A DNA stretch of 64,000 nt from Candidatus Cloacimonadota bacterium (lineage in GTDB: Bacteria; Cloacimonadota; Cloacimonadia; Cloacimonadales; JAJBBL01), in assembly GCA_019429305.1 (NCBI GenBank), contig JAHYIR010000003.1, positions 9,852 to 73,851 on the forward strand, written 5' to 3'. Positions 25,426-34,329 of the stretch are shown piece by piece. A model generated the notes under the pieces. The model searched no databases, was not told where the DNA came from, and saw only the letters and a list, made by a program, of their open reading frames with translations. The position numbers were made by a program, and so were the translations under genes. Every line of letters begins with the position of its first letter. Within the stretch, counting starts at the first letter, position 1.

Positions 25426-26283
25426 ATGATTGAACAGAGTAAGGTATTTCATTCTTCCGGAACTATTTCATCTATTGGGAAAAGAATCCCTTGTGGTGAA
25501 TTTAAACAAATTCATTCCATATTCGATAGAAATATCAATTTTCTTTATAATGATCTGATAGTTAGTCTATCTAACATTAAATCTTATGAAGGGGTCTTGA
25601 GATTAGTCATACCAAATCTTGAGCTGCATAAGATCAAGGCAATAGAACATTATCCGGGGAAGATCATCATTAACGGGAATGAGATTTTTAATTATATAGA
25701 AGAGAATATTTACGATCCTTTTTTACCCCAGATGTATCTCAGATCAAATTCCATATCATCAGACCTAACTGATCTAAAAGCAAAATATTTAGCTAAGGAT
25801 AAGCAATATACACTGGCTTATCTTCTTAACAAAGATAATGTACCAATACCGGAAAGATCTTCTTATGACAGTGAGTTTATGAAACAGATGAACCGAGCTT
25901 TCAGAGCACTTAAAGATGGTAACTATCCTCTTGCTGTACAGGGTTTTAAGGGAAGGGGTTACGGACTAACTCCATCGGGAGATGATTTTTTAATCGGTTA
26001 TCTGATTGGATTGAGTTTCCGAGAGTATTTAGGAGACAGAGCCGTAACTGATTTGAAACAGGAGATTTATAGACTTGCTCTCGGAAGCAATCCGTTGGTA
26101 AATACTTTTCTTTTTGAAGCAGTGAACGGCTATTGTAATTCTTACTGGAAATCGTTCCTCACCAAGTTGATTAGGGGTACAGGAGATGTTGTGGTTGATT
26201 TTGAAGCAATTTTATCGGAGGGTGAGACTTCCGGTTATGATATGATGGCAGGATTCCTAACCTGTTTTGAAATAGAGATTTAA
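25426..26283 (+). CDS. DUF2877-family protein (YlbF/AllH-like)
   Basis: GRGYGLTPSGDDFLIGYLIGL matches the DUF2877 signature as I recall it. It lies directly upstream of an FdrA homolog. Confidence 0.65.
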   Translation: MIEQSKVFHSSGTISSIGKRIPCGEFKQIHSIFDRNINFLYNDLIVSLSNIKSYEGVLRLVIPNLELHKIKAIEHYPGKIIINGNEIFNYIEENIYDPFLPQMYLRSNSISSDLTDLKAKYLAKDKQYTLAYLLNKDNVPIPERSSYDSEFMKQMNRAFRALKDGNYPLAVQGFKGRGYGLTPSGDDFLIGYLIGLSFREYLGDRAVTDLKQEIYRLALGSNPLVNTFLFEAVNGYCNSYWKSFLTKLIRGTGDVVVDFEAILSEGETSGYDMMAGFLTCFEIEI

Positions 26284-26292
26284 GGTGAATTT

Positions 26293-27840
26293 ATGGCAGT
26301 AGTTAGTATAGTGATCAACAATCGTTATCTCGATTCGGTGAAATTGATGCAGATCTCGGAAAAGATCAAAGAGAAAGAGGGTGTGACTGATGCCTTAGCG
26401 GTAGTGGCAACAAAAGAGAACAAGTCGATTCTTAAAGCTGTCGGAATGCTAACGGAAGAGTTTGATCAGGCAACCGGTTCGGATATTTGTTTGGCTATTA
26501 AAGCAGAAACTGAGGAGTTAGCTAACGATCTATTAAAAGAGGCAATAGCATGGATCAAGAAAGGGCTACCCGGAGAGAAGAGAGCAGCAGAAGAAGATCA
26601 TCAGCCCCGATCTCTGGAAAGTGCTCTGAAAATAATGCCTGATGCAGATCTGGTATTGATCTCTGTAGCCGGAAGGTATGCTGGCAGAGAGGCAAGAAAA
26701 GCTCTGGAGAATGGCAAACATGTTCTGCTCTTCTCTGACAATGTATCTATTGAAGATGAAAGGGAGCTGAAAGAGTATGCGGTTGCTCATGATCTGTTGA
26801 TGATGGGTCCGGGCTGTGGTACGGCAATAATCAATAATATACCCTTGGCTTTTGCCAATAGTATCAGACTGGGCAAGATCGGGATAGTATCTGCTGCCGG
26901 GACTGGCTTGCAAGAAGTGAGTTCGATCATCCATAATCTGGGGCAGGGTATTTCGCAGGCATTCGGTACAGGTGGTCGTGACGGCAAGAAAGAGATCAGT
27001 GGTTTGATGATGCAATACTGCCTGCAATACTTGATCAACGATCCACAGACAGAAGTAATCGTCTTGATCAGCAAACTGCCTGATGATGAGGTGATAGATA
27101 AGATATGGAAACTCGCCAAAACTACCGAGAAACCGATAGTTATAAATTATCTTAAGTTAATTACTATACCTAAGTTAGACAATATATATGTCACGGAAAC
27201 TCTGTCGGATACAGCTGTTGTTGCTTGCCGGTTACTAACCGGAGAGGAGATAAAAGAGAGTGATGTTGAATTACCAGTACTTTTATCATCTATCAAATTA
27301 CCGGATAACAGATCAAGAAAATATCTGCGAGGATTGTATAGTGGCGGGACCTTATGCTATGAAGCGCAGAATATCTTTTATAAAAGATTGGGTAGATATG
27401 CCTTTAGTAATGCTCCACTCCATCCTGATGCAAAATTGACAGATGTTTGGCAAAGTAAGGAACACACTATGATTGATCTCGGAGAAGAGGAGTTTACAGT
27501 GGGAAGACCACATCCGATGATAGATTATTCCTTAAGAATCAAGAAACTCAAAGAGGAGAGTCATGATCCTGAAACGGCAGTAATTTTGTTTGATGTAGTT
27601 CTCGGTTATGGTTCTCATCCTCATCCAGAAAAGGAGTTAGCACCAATAATCAAGGAGGTCAAGCAGGAGAGCGGTTTTCCTGTAATATGTTCGGTGATAG
27701 GGACAGATGAAGACCCTCAGAATCGGCAGAACATTATCAGAACCTTACAAGATAGCGGAGCAATTGTAAGGCAAACCAATGCAGAAGCAGTTGAACTGGC
27801 AGTTGGGATTATAAAGCGTATCTTGAATGATATAGAGTAA
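26293..27840 (+). CDS. FdrA-family acyl-CoA synthetase-like protein (AllF-like)
   Basis: N-terminal block YLDSVKLMQISEKIKEKEGVTDALAVVATKENKSILK is typical of FdrA. The central CoA-ligase alpha-like region has GPGCGTAII and SAAGTGLQE. 515 aa. Confidence 0.8.
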   Translation: MAVVSIVINNRYLDSVKLMQISEKIKEKEGVTDALAVVATKENKSILKAVGMLTEEFDQATGSDICLAIKAETEELANDLLKEAIAWIKKGLPGEKRAAEEDHQPRSLESALKIMPDADLVLISVAGRYAGREARKALENGKHVLLFSDNVSIEDERELKEYAVAHDLLMMGPGCGTAIINNIPLAFANSIRLGKIGIVSAAGTGLQEVSSIIHNLGQGISQAFGTGGRDGKKEISGLMMQYCLQYLINDPQTEVIVLISKLPDDEVIDKIWKLAKTTEKPIVINYLKLITIPKLDNIYVTETLSDTAVVACRLLTGEEIKESDVELPVLLSSIKLPDNRSRKYLRGLYSGGTLCYEAQNIFYKRLGRYAFSNAPLHPDAKLTDVWQSKEHTMIDLGEEEFTVGRPHPMIDYSLRIKKLKEESHDPETAVILFDVVLGYGSHPHPEKELAPIIKEVKQESGFPVICSVIGTDEDPQNRQNIIRTLQDSGAIVRQTNAEAVELAVGIIKRILNDIE

Positions 27841-27841
27841 A

Positions 27842-27912
27842 GTGTCACCTTTTGATACATTCTGCTGCAAGAGGAACAAGAAATAGTCAGCAGAACACTC
27901 AGGATAACAATT
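27842..27912. repeat. Partial copy of the TTGTCAYC-family repeat inserted between the fdrA-like and ylbE-like genes
   Basis: gatacattctgc and gcagaacactcaggat.acaat blocks are shared with 25178-25233. Confidence 0.6.
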
Positions 27913-28029
27913 ATTCGTAACATAGACTTCAGTCTGTGTATTTGGACAAGGTTAAAAGGAACGAAGAAGTTGTTATGAAAACAGATTAGTAACTCAGTAT
28001 ATAAAAATAACCAGTTAAAGGGAAAACTT

Positions 28030-29424
28030 ATGAAATTACGGGAAGGAAAACTTAAGGTGATCAATCTGGGGTTGGAGCAATTTGGCAAAGATCTGAAAGA
28101 GCAGAATGTAGAGACAATTCAGGTTAATTGGTCACCACCATTAGAAATAGACTCTTCCATCATGCAGATAATAGCGCATCATCAGGAAGAGATCGATCAA
28201 GCTAATGAGAAGGCATTAGATATCATCCAAAAGGGGCAACCGGTTCTTTTAGGACTCGATATAGCACGTAATGTGATACCCGGAATGCAGGAGAATATGA
28301 TACTTCATGCCGGTCCCCCTATCCAATGGGATAGAATGTGCGGACCGATGAGGGGAGCTATCATCGGAGCTTTGATCTATGAGGGGAAAGCCGCTACCAA
28401 GGAAGAGGCAGAGAATTTAGCTAAGTCAGGGGAGATAGAATATGCACCCTGTCATGAGCATAATGCTGTTGGACCTATGGCGGGAATAATCTCACCTTCG
28501 ATGCCGGTATTTATCATAAAAAACGATACTTATGGTAACGAAGCTTATTGTACTCAGAATGAAGGGCTGGGGAAGGTTCTCCGTTACGGTGCCTATCAAT
28601 CGGAAGTGATCGAGAAACTGAAATGGATGGAAAAGGTACTATATCCGATATTAGATAAAGCGATCAGGTCGTTGGGCAAGATAGATCTAAAGAATCTTAT
28701 CTCACAAGCTTTACACATGGGTGATGAAGTACATAATCGTAACCGTGCCGGAACTTCTCTATTGATCAGGCAACTAGCACCGGCTATTCTGAAAACATCT
28801 GAAAACGTGACTGACTCTGCTAAGGTACTGGAATTTATCAATAGTAACGATCACTTTTTCCTGAACCTCTCAATGCCTGCTGCCAAATGCATGCTTGATG
28901 CCGCTTCTAATATAGTTCCGAGCAGTATAGTAATAGCTATGGCTCGTAATGGTACGGATTTTGGTATTCGTTTAGCCGGTACGGGGAACAAATGGTTTAC
29001 CGGCAAAGCCCTCATTCCTGATGCCCTCTTTTTCCCCGGCTATACAAAGGAAGATGCCAATCCCGATATTGGGGACAGCACAATTACAGAGACTGCAGGA
29101 TTGGGTGGATTTGCTATTGCAGCTGCTTTTGCCATAGCTCAATTTGTCGGTGGCACTGCAGCAGATGCCAAAAGATATACGAATCTGATGTATGAGATAA
29201 CAGCAACGGAAAGTGAAAATTTTCAAATACCGGCTCTTGACTTTCGCGGAACACCGTTAGGTATAGATGTGCGAAAAGTAATAGAAAAGAATTTGACCCC
29301 GTTTTTAGATACCGGAGTGGCTCATAAACAACCGGGTATCGGACAGGTCGGAGCGGGGGTGCTGAGTGCACCAACAGAGCCGTTTATTAATGCTATTAAA
29401 GGTTTAGCTAAAGTGTTGGAATAA
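28030..29424 (+). CDS. DUF1116-family protein (YlbE/AllG-like)
   Basis: 464 aa. Its size and position after FdrA match the fdrA-ylbE pairing. The family assignment is from memory of DUF1116 features. Confidence 0.65.
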   Translation: MKLREGKLKVINLGLEQFGKDLKEQNVETIQVNWSPPLEIDSSIMQIIAHHQEEIDQANEKALDIIQKGQPVLLGLDIARNVIPGMQENMILHAGPPIQWDRMCGPMRGAIIGALIYEGKAATKEEAENLAKSGEIEYAPCHEHNAVGPMAGIISPSMPVFIIKNDTYGNEAYCTQNEGLGKVLRYGAYQSEVIEKLKWMEKVLYPILDKAIRSLGKIDLKNLISQALHMGDEVHNRNRAGTSLLIRQLAPAILKTSENVTDSAKVLEFINSNDHFFLNLSMPAAKCMLDAASNIVPSSIVIAMARNGTDFGIRLAGTGNKWFTGKALIPDALFFPGYTKEDANPDIGDSTITETAGLGGFAIAAAFAIAQFVGGTAADAKRYTNLMYEITATESENFQIPALDFRGTPLGIDVRKVIEKNLTPFLDTGVAHKQPGIGQVGAGVLSAPTEPFINAIKGLAKVLE

Positions 29425-29521
29425 TTGACAGGCAATGAAAATTTCAGTAAATTGTTATTCTGAGAGAAATATTGAGTTGTTAACAGGTTAGAGAGATTAT
29501 TATAAACAAAGGAGTAAAGTT

Positions 29522-30334
29522 ATGAACACACAAGAATTACTACAATTTATGAACAGTGTAAAAATGCATGATCTTACCCAGAGATTAAGCGTTCATACAC
29601 CACCATGGCCATCTTATATGCCGTTGGGAATTCAATATTTCAAACGAATTGCCGGTGCACATATGGGACAGGGAGCCAATGGGCAGATCATCACTACCAG
29701 TAACCATGTCGGAACCCATATTGATGGTGAGATCCATTTTTATGCTAATGGCAGGACGGTAGGTGATGTTCCTATCGAAGAGTGGGTAGGACCCGGTGTA
29801 GTTGTTGATATTTCTGATTCTGTTGGTGATTATGACCTCTATTCGCCTGATCTGCTGATGTCCAAGATCGAGGTCAAGAAAGGGGATATTCTGATCATCA
29901 ATACCGGTTATCACAAATATGGATGGGACCAACCCGAATCTGACGAAATCAAGTATTTTGTTAAGCATCCGGGACCAGACCCTTCTTTTCACGAATGGGC
30001 ATTAGATATGCAGGTCAAATGGATCGGGGTAGATTGCGGTAGTGCAGATCATCCAATGAATACGATCATTCGCGATTGGCATCCCAAACCGTTCAAAGAG
30101 GCGGAAAAGAAGCTAAAAGCAAAATATGGCAAGAGTTGGGATGAATTCTTTCCACCCGAAGAGTATTATCAGGTCATGCATCTCAAACTCTTCCCCAAGA
30201 AGCTGGTACATGCTGAAAATCTTGGTGGTGATATTGACAAAATAAGTAATAAACGAGTATGGATCGGCCTCTTTCCCTTGAGAGGTATTGAACTGGAATC
30301 TTCTATGTGCCGTATTATTGCTTTAGAGCCCTGA
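29522..30334 (+). CDS. Cyclase-family metal-dependent hydrolase (kynurenine formamidase/isatin hydrolase-like)
   Basis: HVGTHIDGEIHF fits the cyclase-family HxGTHxDxxxH motif. 270 aa. AAGGAG RBS upstream. Confidence 0.75.
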   Translation: MNTQELLQFMNSVKMHDLTQRLSVHTPPWPSYMPLGIQYFKRIAGAHMGQGANGQIITTSNHVGTHIDGEIHFYANGRTVGDVPIEEWVGPGVVVDISDSVGDYDLYSPDLLMSKIEVKKGDILIINTGYHKYGWDQPESDEIKYFVKHPGPDPSFHEWALDMQVKWIGVDCGSADHPMNTIIRDWHPKPFKEAEKKLKAKYGKSWDEFFPPEEYYQVMHLKLFPKKLVHAENLGGDIDKISNKRVWIGLFPLRGIELESSMCRIIALEP

Positions 30335-30361
30335 TTGATTCAAAATATTGGAGATTAGAAC

Positions 30362-30515
30362 TTGTCATCTCGACTGGAGAAAAATCACGAAGTGATTATT
30401 TCAAAACGGAGAGATCTCATTCCTGACTTAGTTAAAACTACACAAAATCATGCTTGTTTTTCCAGTCTCCGTGATGAGATGTCTCGACTACGCTTCACTT
30501 CGCTCGACATGACAA
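30362..30515. repeat. MITE-like 154-bp element with terminal inverted repeats TTGTCATCTCGA / TCGACATGACAA
   Basis: The left end ttgtcatctcgac (30362-30374) and right end ctcgacatgacaa (30503-30515) are complementary at 11 of 12 positions. Internal hairpin aatcac-gaa-gtgatt. The 78-aa ORF over it reads like translated repeat (SRLRFTSLDMT). Confidence 0.6.
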
Positions 30516-30624
30516 AAAAAAGGAAATGTTTCTTCGTGGCTGCATCCGAGTTTAACGTAGTCAATTACTCAGGGCGACGGAGTAGCATACCGATATAGAA
30601 GAACAAACTTATAAGAGGAATAAA

Positions 30625-31518
30625 ATGTCCATAACAAACGATTTCGAATACTATTGTCCGTCATCTTTAGACGAAACAGTAAAACTGCTGGAACAATTAG
30701 GTGAACAAGCTGCCTTATTGGCAGGAGGAACAGATCTGATCGTCAATATCAAAGATGATCTGGAATCACCATCGGCAGTAATTGATATCAAGAGAGTATC
30801 CGAATTGAGAGGACTTGATATTGATAAAGATAAGCTTTTTATTGGCGCTAAAACAACTTTTACTGATATTTTGGACTCTTCAGTTATTAAGGATAATTAT
30901 CTACTGCTTTGGGAATCTGCCAGAGCTGTTGCCTCAGTAGGGATACGGAACAGAGCAACCTTAGTCGGTAATATCTGCTCAGCCGTACCCTGTATGGATT
31001 CAGCTCCCGCTCTCTTATGTTATGATGCAATAGTTCATACAGTAAGCAAGACAGGGAAAAGGGATATACCGATCAACGACTGGTTCATAGCACCACGAAA
31101 AACTGCCCGTAAAGCGGATGAGCTCGTTGTGGGAGTTACTGTTCCTTTACCATCTCAGAAGAACAGCGGTTGTTACATCAAACTCGGAAGATATGGTGGT
31201 GAAGATTTAGCTCAAGCTGGATTAGGGATCTTGATCAGAGCAGATCTCGAATACCGGATTGCCTTTACTGCAGTAGGTCCCATTCCTATCCGTGCCCAGA
31301 AGATCGAAGAACTACTCAAAGGGAAAGAGATCGATCAGGATCTACTGAAACAGGCAAAGGAACTCGTTGCCGAAGAAATCAGTCCTATCACCGATATCCG
31401 TTCTACACGTGAGTATAGAGAACATATCTGTCGGGTAATGTTTGAAAGGGGTCTGATTGTTTGTCAACAGCGAATGAACGGAGAGATTATCAATACGGTA
31501 AGGATCTTGGGAGGTTAA
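30625..31518 (+). CDS. Xanthine dehydrogenase-family molybdenum hydroxylase, FAD-binding (medium) subunit
   Basis: ALLAGGTDLIVNIK, the CODH-type FAD-binding layout, and the C-terminal ITDIRSTREYR block. 297 aa. Confidence 0.85.
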   Translation: MSITNDFEYYCPSSLDETVKLLEQLGEQAALLAGGTDLIVNIKDDLESPSAVIDIKRVSELRGLDIDKDKLFIGAKTTFTDILDSSVIKDNYLLLWESARAVASVGIRNRATLVGNICSAVPCMDSAPALLCYDAIVHTVSKTGKRDIPINDWFIAPRKTARKADELVVGVTVPLPSQKNSGCYIKLGRYGGEDLAQAGLGILIRADLEYRIAFTAVGPIPIRAQKIEELLKGKEIDQDLLKQAKELVAEEISPITDIRSTREYREHICRVMFERGLIVCQQRMNGEIINTVRILGG

Positions 31519-31519
31519 G

Positions 31520-31984
31520 ATGAAGGAGATTACTTTTATACTCAATAATGAAAAGCGATCTGTTCAGGTCGAACCTTCTGAAACTCTGTTGGAGGTCTTA
31601 CGCGACAAGATGGGTCTGAAAAGTCCCAAATGTGGTTGTGATAGGGGAGATTGTGGTGCCTGTGTGGTTTTGCTGAATGGGAAAAGTGTTCGTAGCTGTC
31701 TTGTCTTGGCTATTGAAACTGCCGGAATGGAGATAATGACACTGGAAGGAATATCTGCAAAGAATCTCAATGCATTACAGGAGGCATTTATCGCCTTCAA
31801 TTCCTTTCAATGCGGATATTGTGCACCGGGGATAATTATCACCGTTACCGAACTCCTCACCAAAAACCCTAAACCAGATCTGGAAGAGATCAAAGAAGTG
31901 CTCTCGGGCAATCTCTGCCGTTGTACCGGCTATAAACCTATCTTTGATGCCATCTTAGACGTCACAGGAAAGGAGGTGAAATGA
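31520..31984 (+). CDS. Molybdenum hydroxylase [2Fe-2S] (small) subunit
   Basis: CGCDRGDCGACVV plus CGYCAPG and CRCTGY cluster motifs. 154 aa. Confidence 0.9.
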   Translation: MKEITFILNNEKRSVQVEPSETLLEVLRDKMGLKSPKCGCDRGDCGACVVLLNGKSVRSCLVLAIETAGMEIMTLEGISAKNLNALQEAFIAFNSFQCGYCAPGIIITVTELLTKNPKPDLEEIKEVLSGNLCRCTGYKPIFDAILDVTGKEVK

Positions 31985-34329
31985 GCGACTATAAATATAT
32001 CGGCAAACCTGTAGTCCGGATAGATGGCAAAGAGAAGGTGTCTGGAGCTGCTATCTTCACAGACGATATTGATTTTGGCGCTAATTTGCTGCATGCTCAT
32101 ATTATATGCAGCACGGAAGCTCATGCTCTTATCAAATCGATAGATACTTCAGAAGCATTAAAGGTCAAGGATGTGGTGAATATCTTTACCGGTAAGGATT
32201 TTCCCTTTAAGTTCGGGCTCTATATGAAAGACCGTTATGTTCTTGCTCAGGAGAAGGTCCGTTTTGTTGGGGAACAAGTTGTAGCAGTAGTAGCACGAAC
32301 TCCTCAAGCAGCCAGAAAAGCTGCCAAACTGGTCAAGATAGAATACGAACCGCTGCCTGCTGTATTTAATCAACTGGATGCTATGAAAGATGATGCTGTT
32401 TTACTGCATCCTGACCTGGATAAATATCCTCATGTACCTTGGTTCTTTCCCCAGGAAAAGACTAATATAGCTCATTGGCGTAAGACCCGTAAAGGTGATA
32501 TGGAGAAAGCTTTTGCTGAAGCGGATATAGTTTTGGAAGATACCTATTATGTGCCCCGTTATGCCCATTGTGCTTTGGAAACCCATGTTGCAATAGCAAA
32601 ATATGATTATTCGGGCAGATTAACCGTCTGGAGTTCTTCCCAGTCACCACATACGCAGAGAAATCTCTTTGCCGAAGCTCTATCCTCTTTGGGATTAACC
32701 CATAAAGATGTCAGGGTCATTGCTCCTCATGTTGGTGGTGGTTTTGGCGGTAAAGCGGGGGTAACAATGGAAATAATACCGGCTGCTATAGCTACAAAGT
32801 TACCCGGTTATGCAGTAAAATTGCGTTGGTCAAGAGAACAGGAGTTCATGAATACTTATCAGCGGCTCGGCCTAGTAGCCAAGATCAAGATGGGTGCCAA
32901 GAAAGACGGAACAATAACAGCGATAGATCATAAGATCTATTGGGATGCCGGAGCATATGTCGAGTATGGTGCCAATGTCGTTAATGCTGTAGGGCTTTCC
33001 GCTATCGGACCGTATCGAATACCCAATGTTTCTATCGATTCGATCTGTATTTATACAAACCTGCCGCCGGGAGGTCCTTATCGTGGTTTTGGCTATTCGG
33101 AATTCATCTTTGGTCTGGAATCTCACGTTAATCGTATCGCCAACAAACTGAATATCGACCCGGTAGATTTCCGCAGAATAAATGCTATTAAAGAGGGTGA
33201 TACTACAGCTTACGGAGCAGAAATGAATCCTAGCGGGTTACATCAGGCAATAGATGAAGTAGCTAAAGCTATAGAATGGGACAAAAATAGAGAGTCCAAA
33301 GATCCCAAGAAAGCAATCGGTAAGGGGTTTGCTATTTTTTGGAAAGCACCTGCTATGCCGCCTAATGCCAGTTCTTCAGCATTTTTAAAGTTCAATGAGG
33401 ATGGAAGTATCAATCTGCTCATCTCGGGTATGGATATAGGACAGGGTTATCAGACGGTAATGGCTCAGATTGCTGCCGAAGTATTGGGAGTTCCACCTTC
33501 CAAGATAAGAGTAGAAAATCCCGATACAGACCGTAATCCTTACGAATGGCAAACAGTAGCATCCCATGTAACTTGGGGTTGTGGTAATGCGGTGAAAAAG
33601 GCAGCCATAGATGCCAGAGACCAGATCTTTGCTCTTATAGAAAGGGTTTATCATCTCTCTCAGGATTCTTTGTATCTGGAGGATGAAGCGGTAAAATGCC
33701 ACACCAAGAAGGATTTTTATTTACCACTCAAAGATTTTGTCATTAATGGTATCATGACCGAAGATGGAACCTTTAAGGGGGGTCCGATAAATGCCAGAGG
33801 TGTCTTTATGCCTGAATTCTCGTCAACAAAGGGAGATCCGGAAACAAGCCAGGGTGGGCATCCGAATGTACATTATACAGTAGGAGCTGGAGCTCTGATC
33901 CTGGAAATAGATAAAGAGACGGGAAAAATGAGAGTTCTCAAGGCAGCAGAAGCCATAGATGCCGGTAAAGCAATAAATCCCGATCTTGTTAAAGGGCAGA
34001 TCACAGGTGGACTCTTACAAGGGCTGGCAACGGTTCTCTATGAAGATATGCGATTTGATAAGGGAGGGAAAATGCTGAATCCGAACTTTTCCGATTATAA
34101 GATCCCAACCTCTATGGATGTTCCCGATGAGATCATCCCGATTATCATAGAAGTTCCACAACCTGATGGACCTTATGGTGCTAGAGGAATTGGAGAACAT
34201 ACAATGTTACCGGCAGCTCCAATGATAGCTAATGCTCTGGAAGATGCACTCGGGATCAGGATCAAGAGCATGCCAATCACCGCCGAGAAAGTAGCATTGA
34301 CCCTATTAGATAAAGAAAAGGAGAAATAA
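31981..34329 (+). CDS. Molybdenum hydroxylase molybdopterin-binding (large) subunit
   Basis: HVGGGFGGK, GGPYRGFG and the C-terminal GIGEHTMLPAAPMIANAL (catalytic Glu context). 782 aa. Overlaps the small-subunit gene (ATGA). Confidence 0.9.
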   Translation: MSDYKYIGKPVVRIDGKEKVSGAAIFTDDIDFGANLLHAHIICSTEAHALIKSIDTSEALKVKDVVNIFTGKDFPFKFGLYMKDRYVLAQEKVRFVGEQVVAVVARTPQAARKAAKLVKIEYEPLPAVFNQLDAMKDDAVLLHPDLDKYPHVPWFFPQEKTNIAHWRKTRKGDMEKAFAEADIVLEDTYYVPRYAHCALETHVAIAKYDYSGRLTVWSSSQSPHTQRNLFAEALSSLGLTHKDVRVIAPHVGGGFGGKAGVTMEIIPAAIATKLPGYAVKLRWSREQEFMNTYQRLGLVAKIKMGAKKDGTITAIDHKIYWDAGAYVEYGANVVNAVGLSAIGPYRIPNVSIDSICIYTNLPPGGPYRGFGYSEFIFGLESHVNRIANKLNIDPVDFRRINAIKEGDTTAYGAEMNPSGLHQAIDEVAKAIEWDKNRESKDPKKAIGKGFAIFWKAPAMPPNASSSAFLKFNEDGSINLLISGMDIGQGYQTVMAQIAAEVLGVPPSKIRVENPDTDRNPYEWQTVASHVTWGCGNAVKKAAIDARDQIFALIERVYHLSQDSLYLEDEAVKCHTKKDFYLPLKDFVINGIMTEDGTFKGGPINARGVFMPEFSSTKGDPETSQGGHPNVHYTVGAGALILEIDKETGKMRVLKAAEAIDAGKAINPDLVKGQITGGLLQGLATVLYEDMRFDKGGKMLNPNFSDYKIPTSMDVPDEIIPIIIEVPQPDGPYGARGIGEHTMLPAAPMIANALEDALGIRIKSMPITAEKVALTLLDKEKEK

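Noticed and set aside
27717-28088. 123-aa minus-strand ORF bridging the fdrA-like and ylbE-like genes
   Set aside because: It is antisense to the ends of two well-supported CDS and crosses the intergenic repeat. It is likely an artefact.
30362-30598. 78-aa ORF between the cyclase and FAD-subunit genes
   Set aside because: It coincides with a MITE-like inverted-repeat element. The peptide (…SRLRFTSLDMTKK…) is the typical read-through of a palindromic repeat. It starts with a non-ATG codon and has no RBS.
30625-34329. Possible selenocysteine recoding or split genes in the Mo hydroxylase and neighbouring genes
   Set aside because: All three subunits are full length with intact motifs and no in-frame TGA interruption. 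The cluster's intergenic gaps at 27.8-28.0 and 30.3-30.6 kb are explained by repeats, not by recoding.
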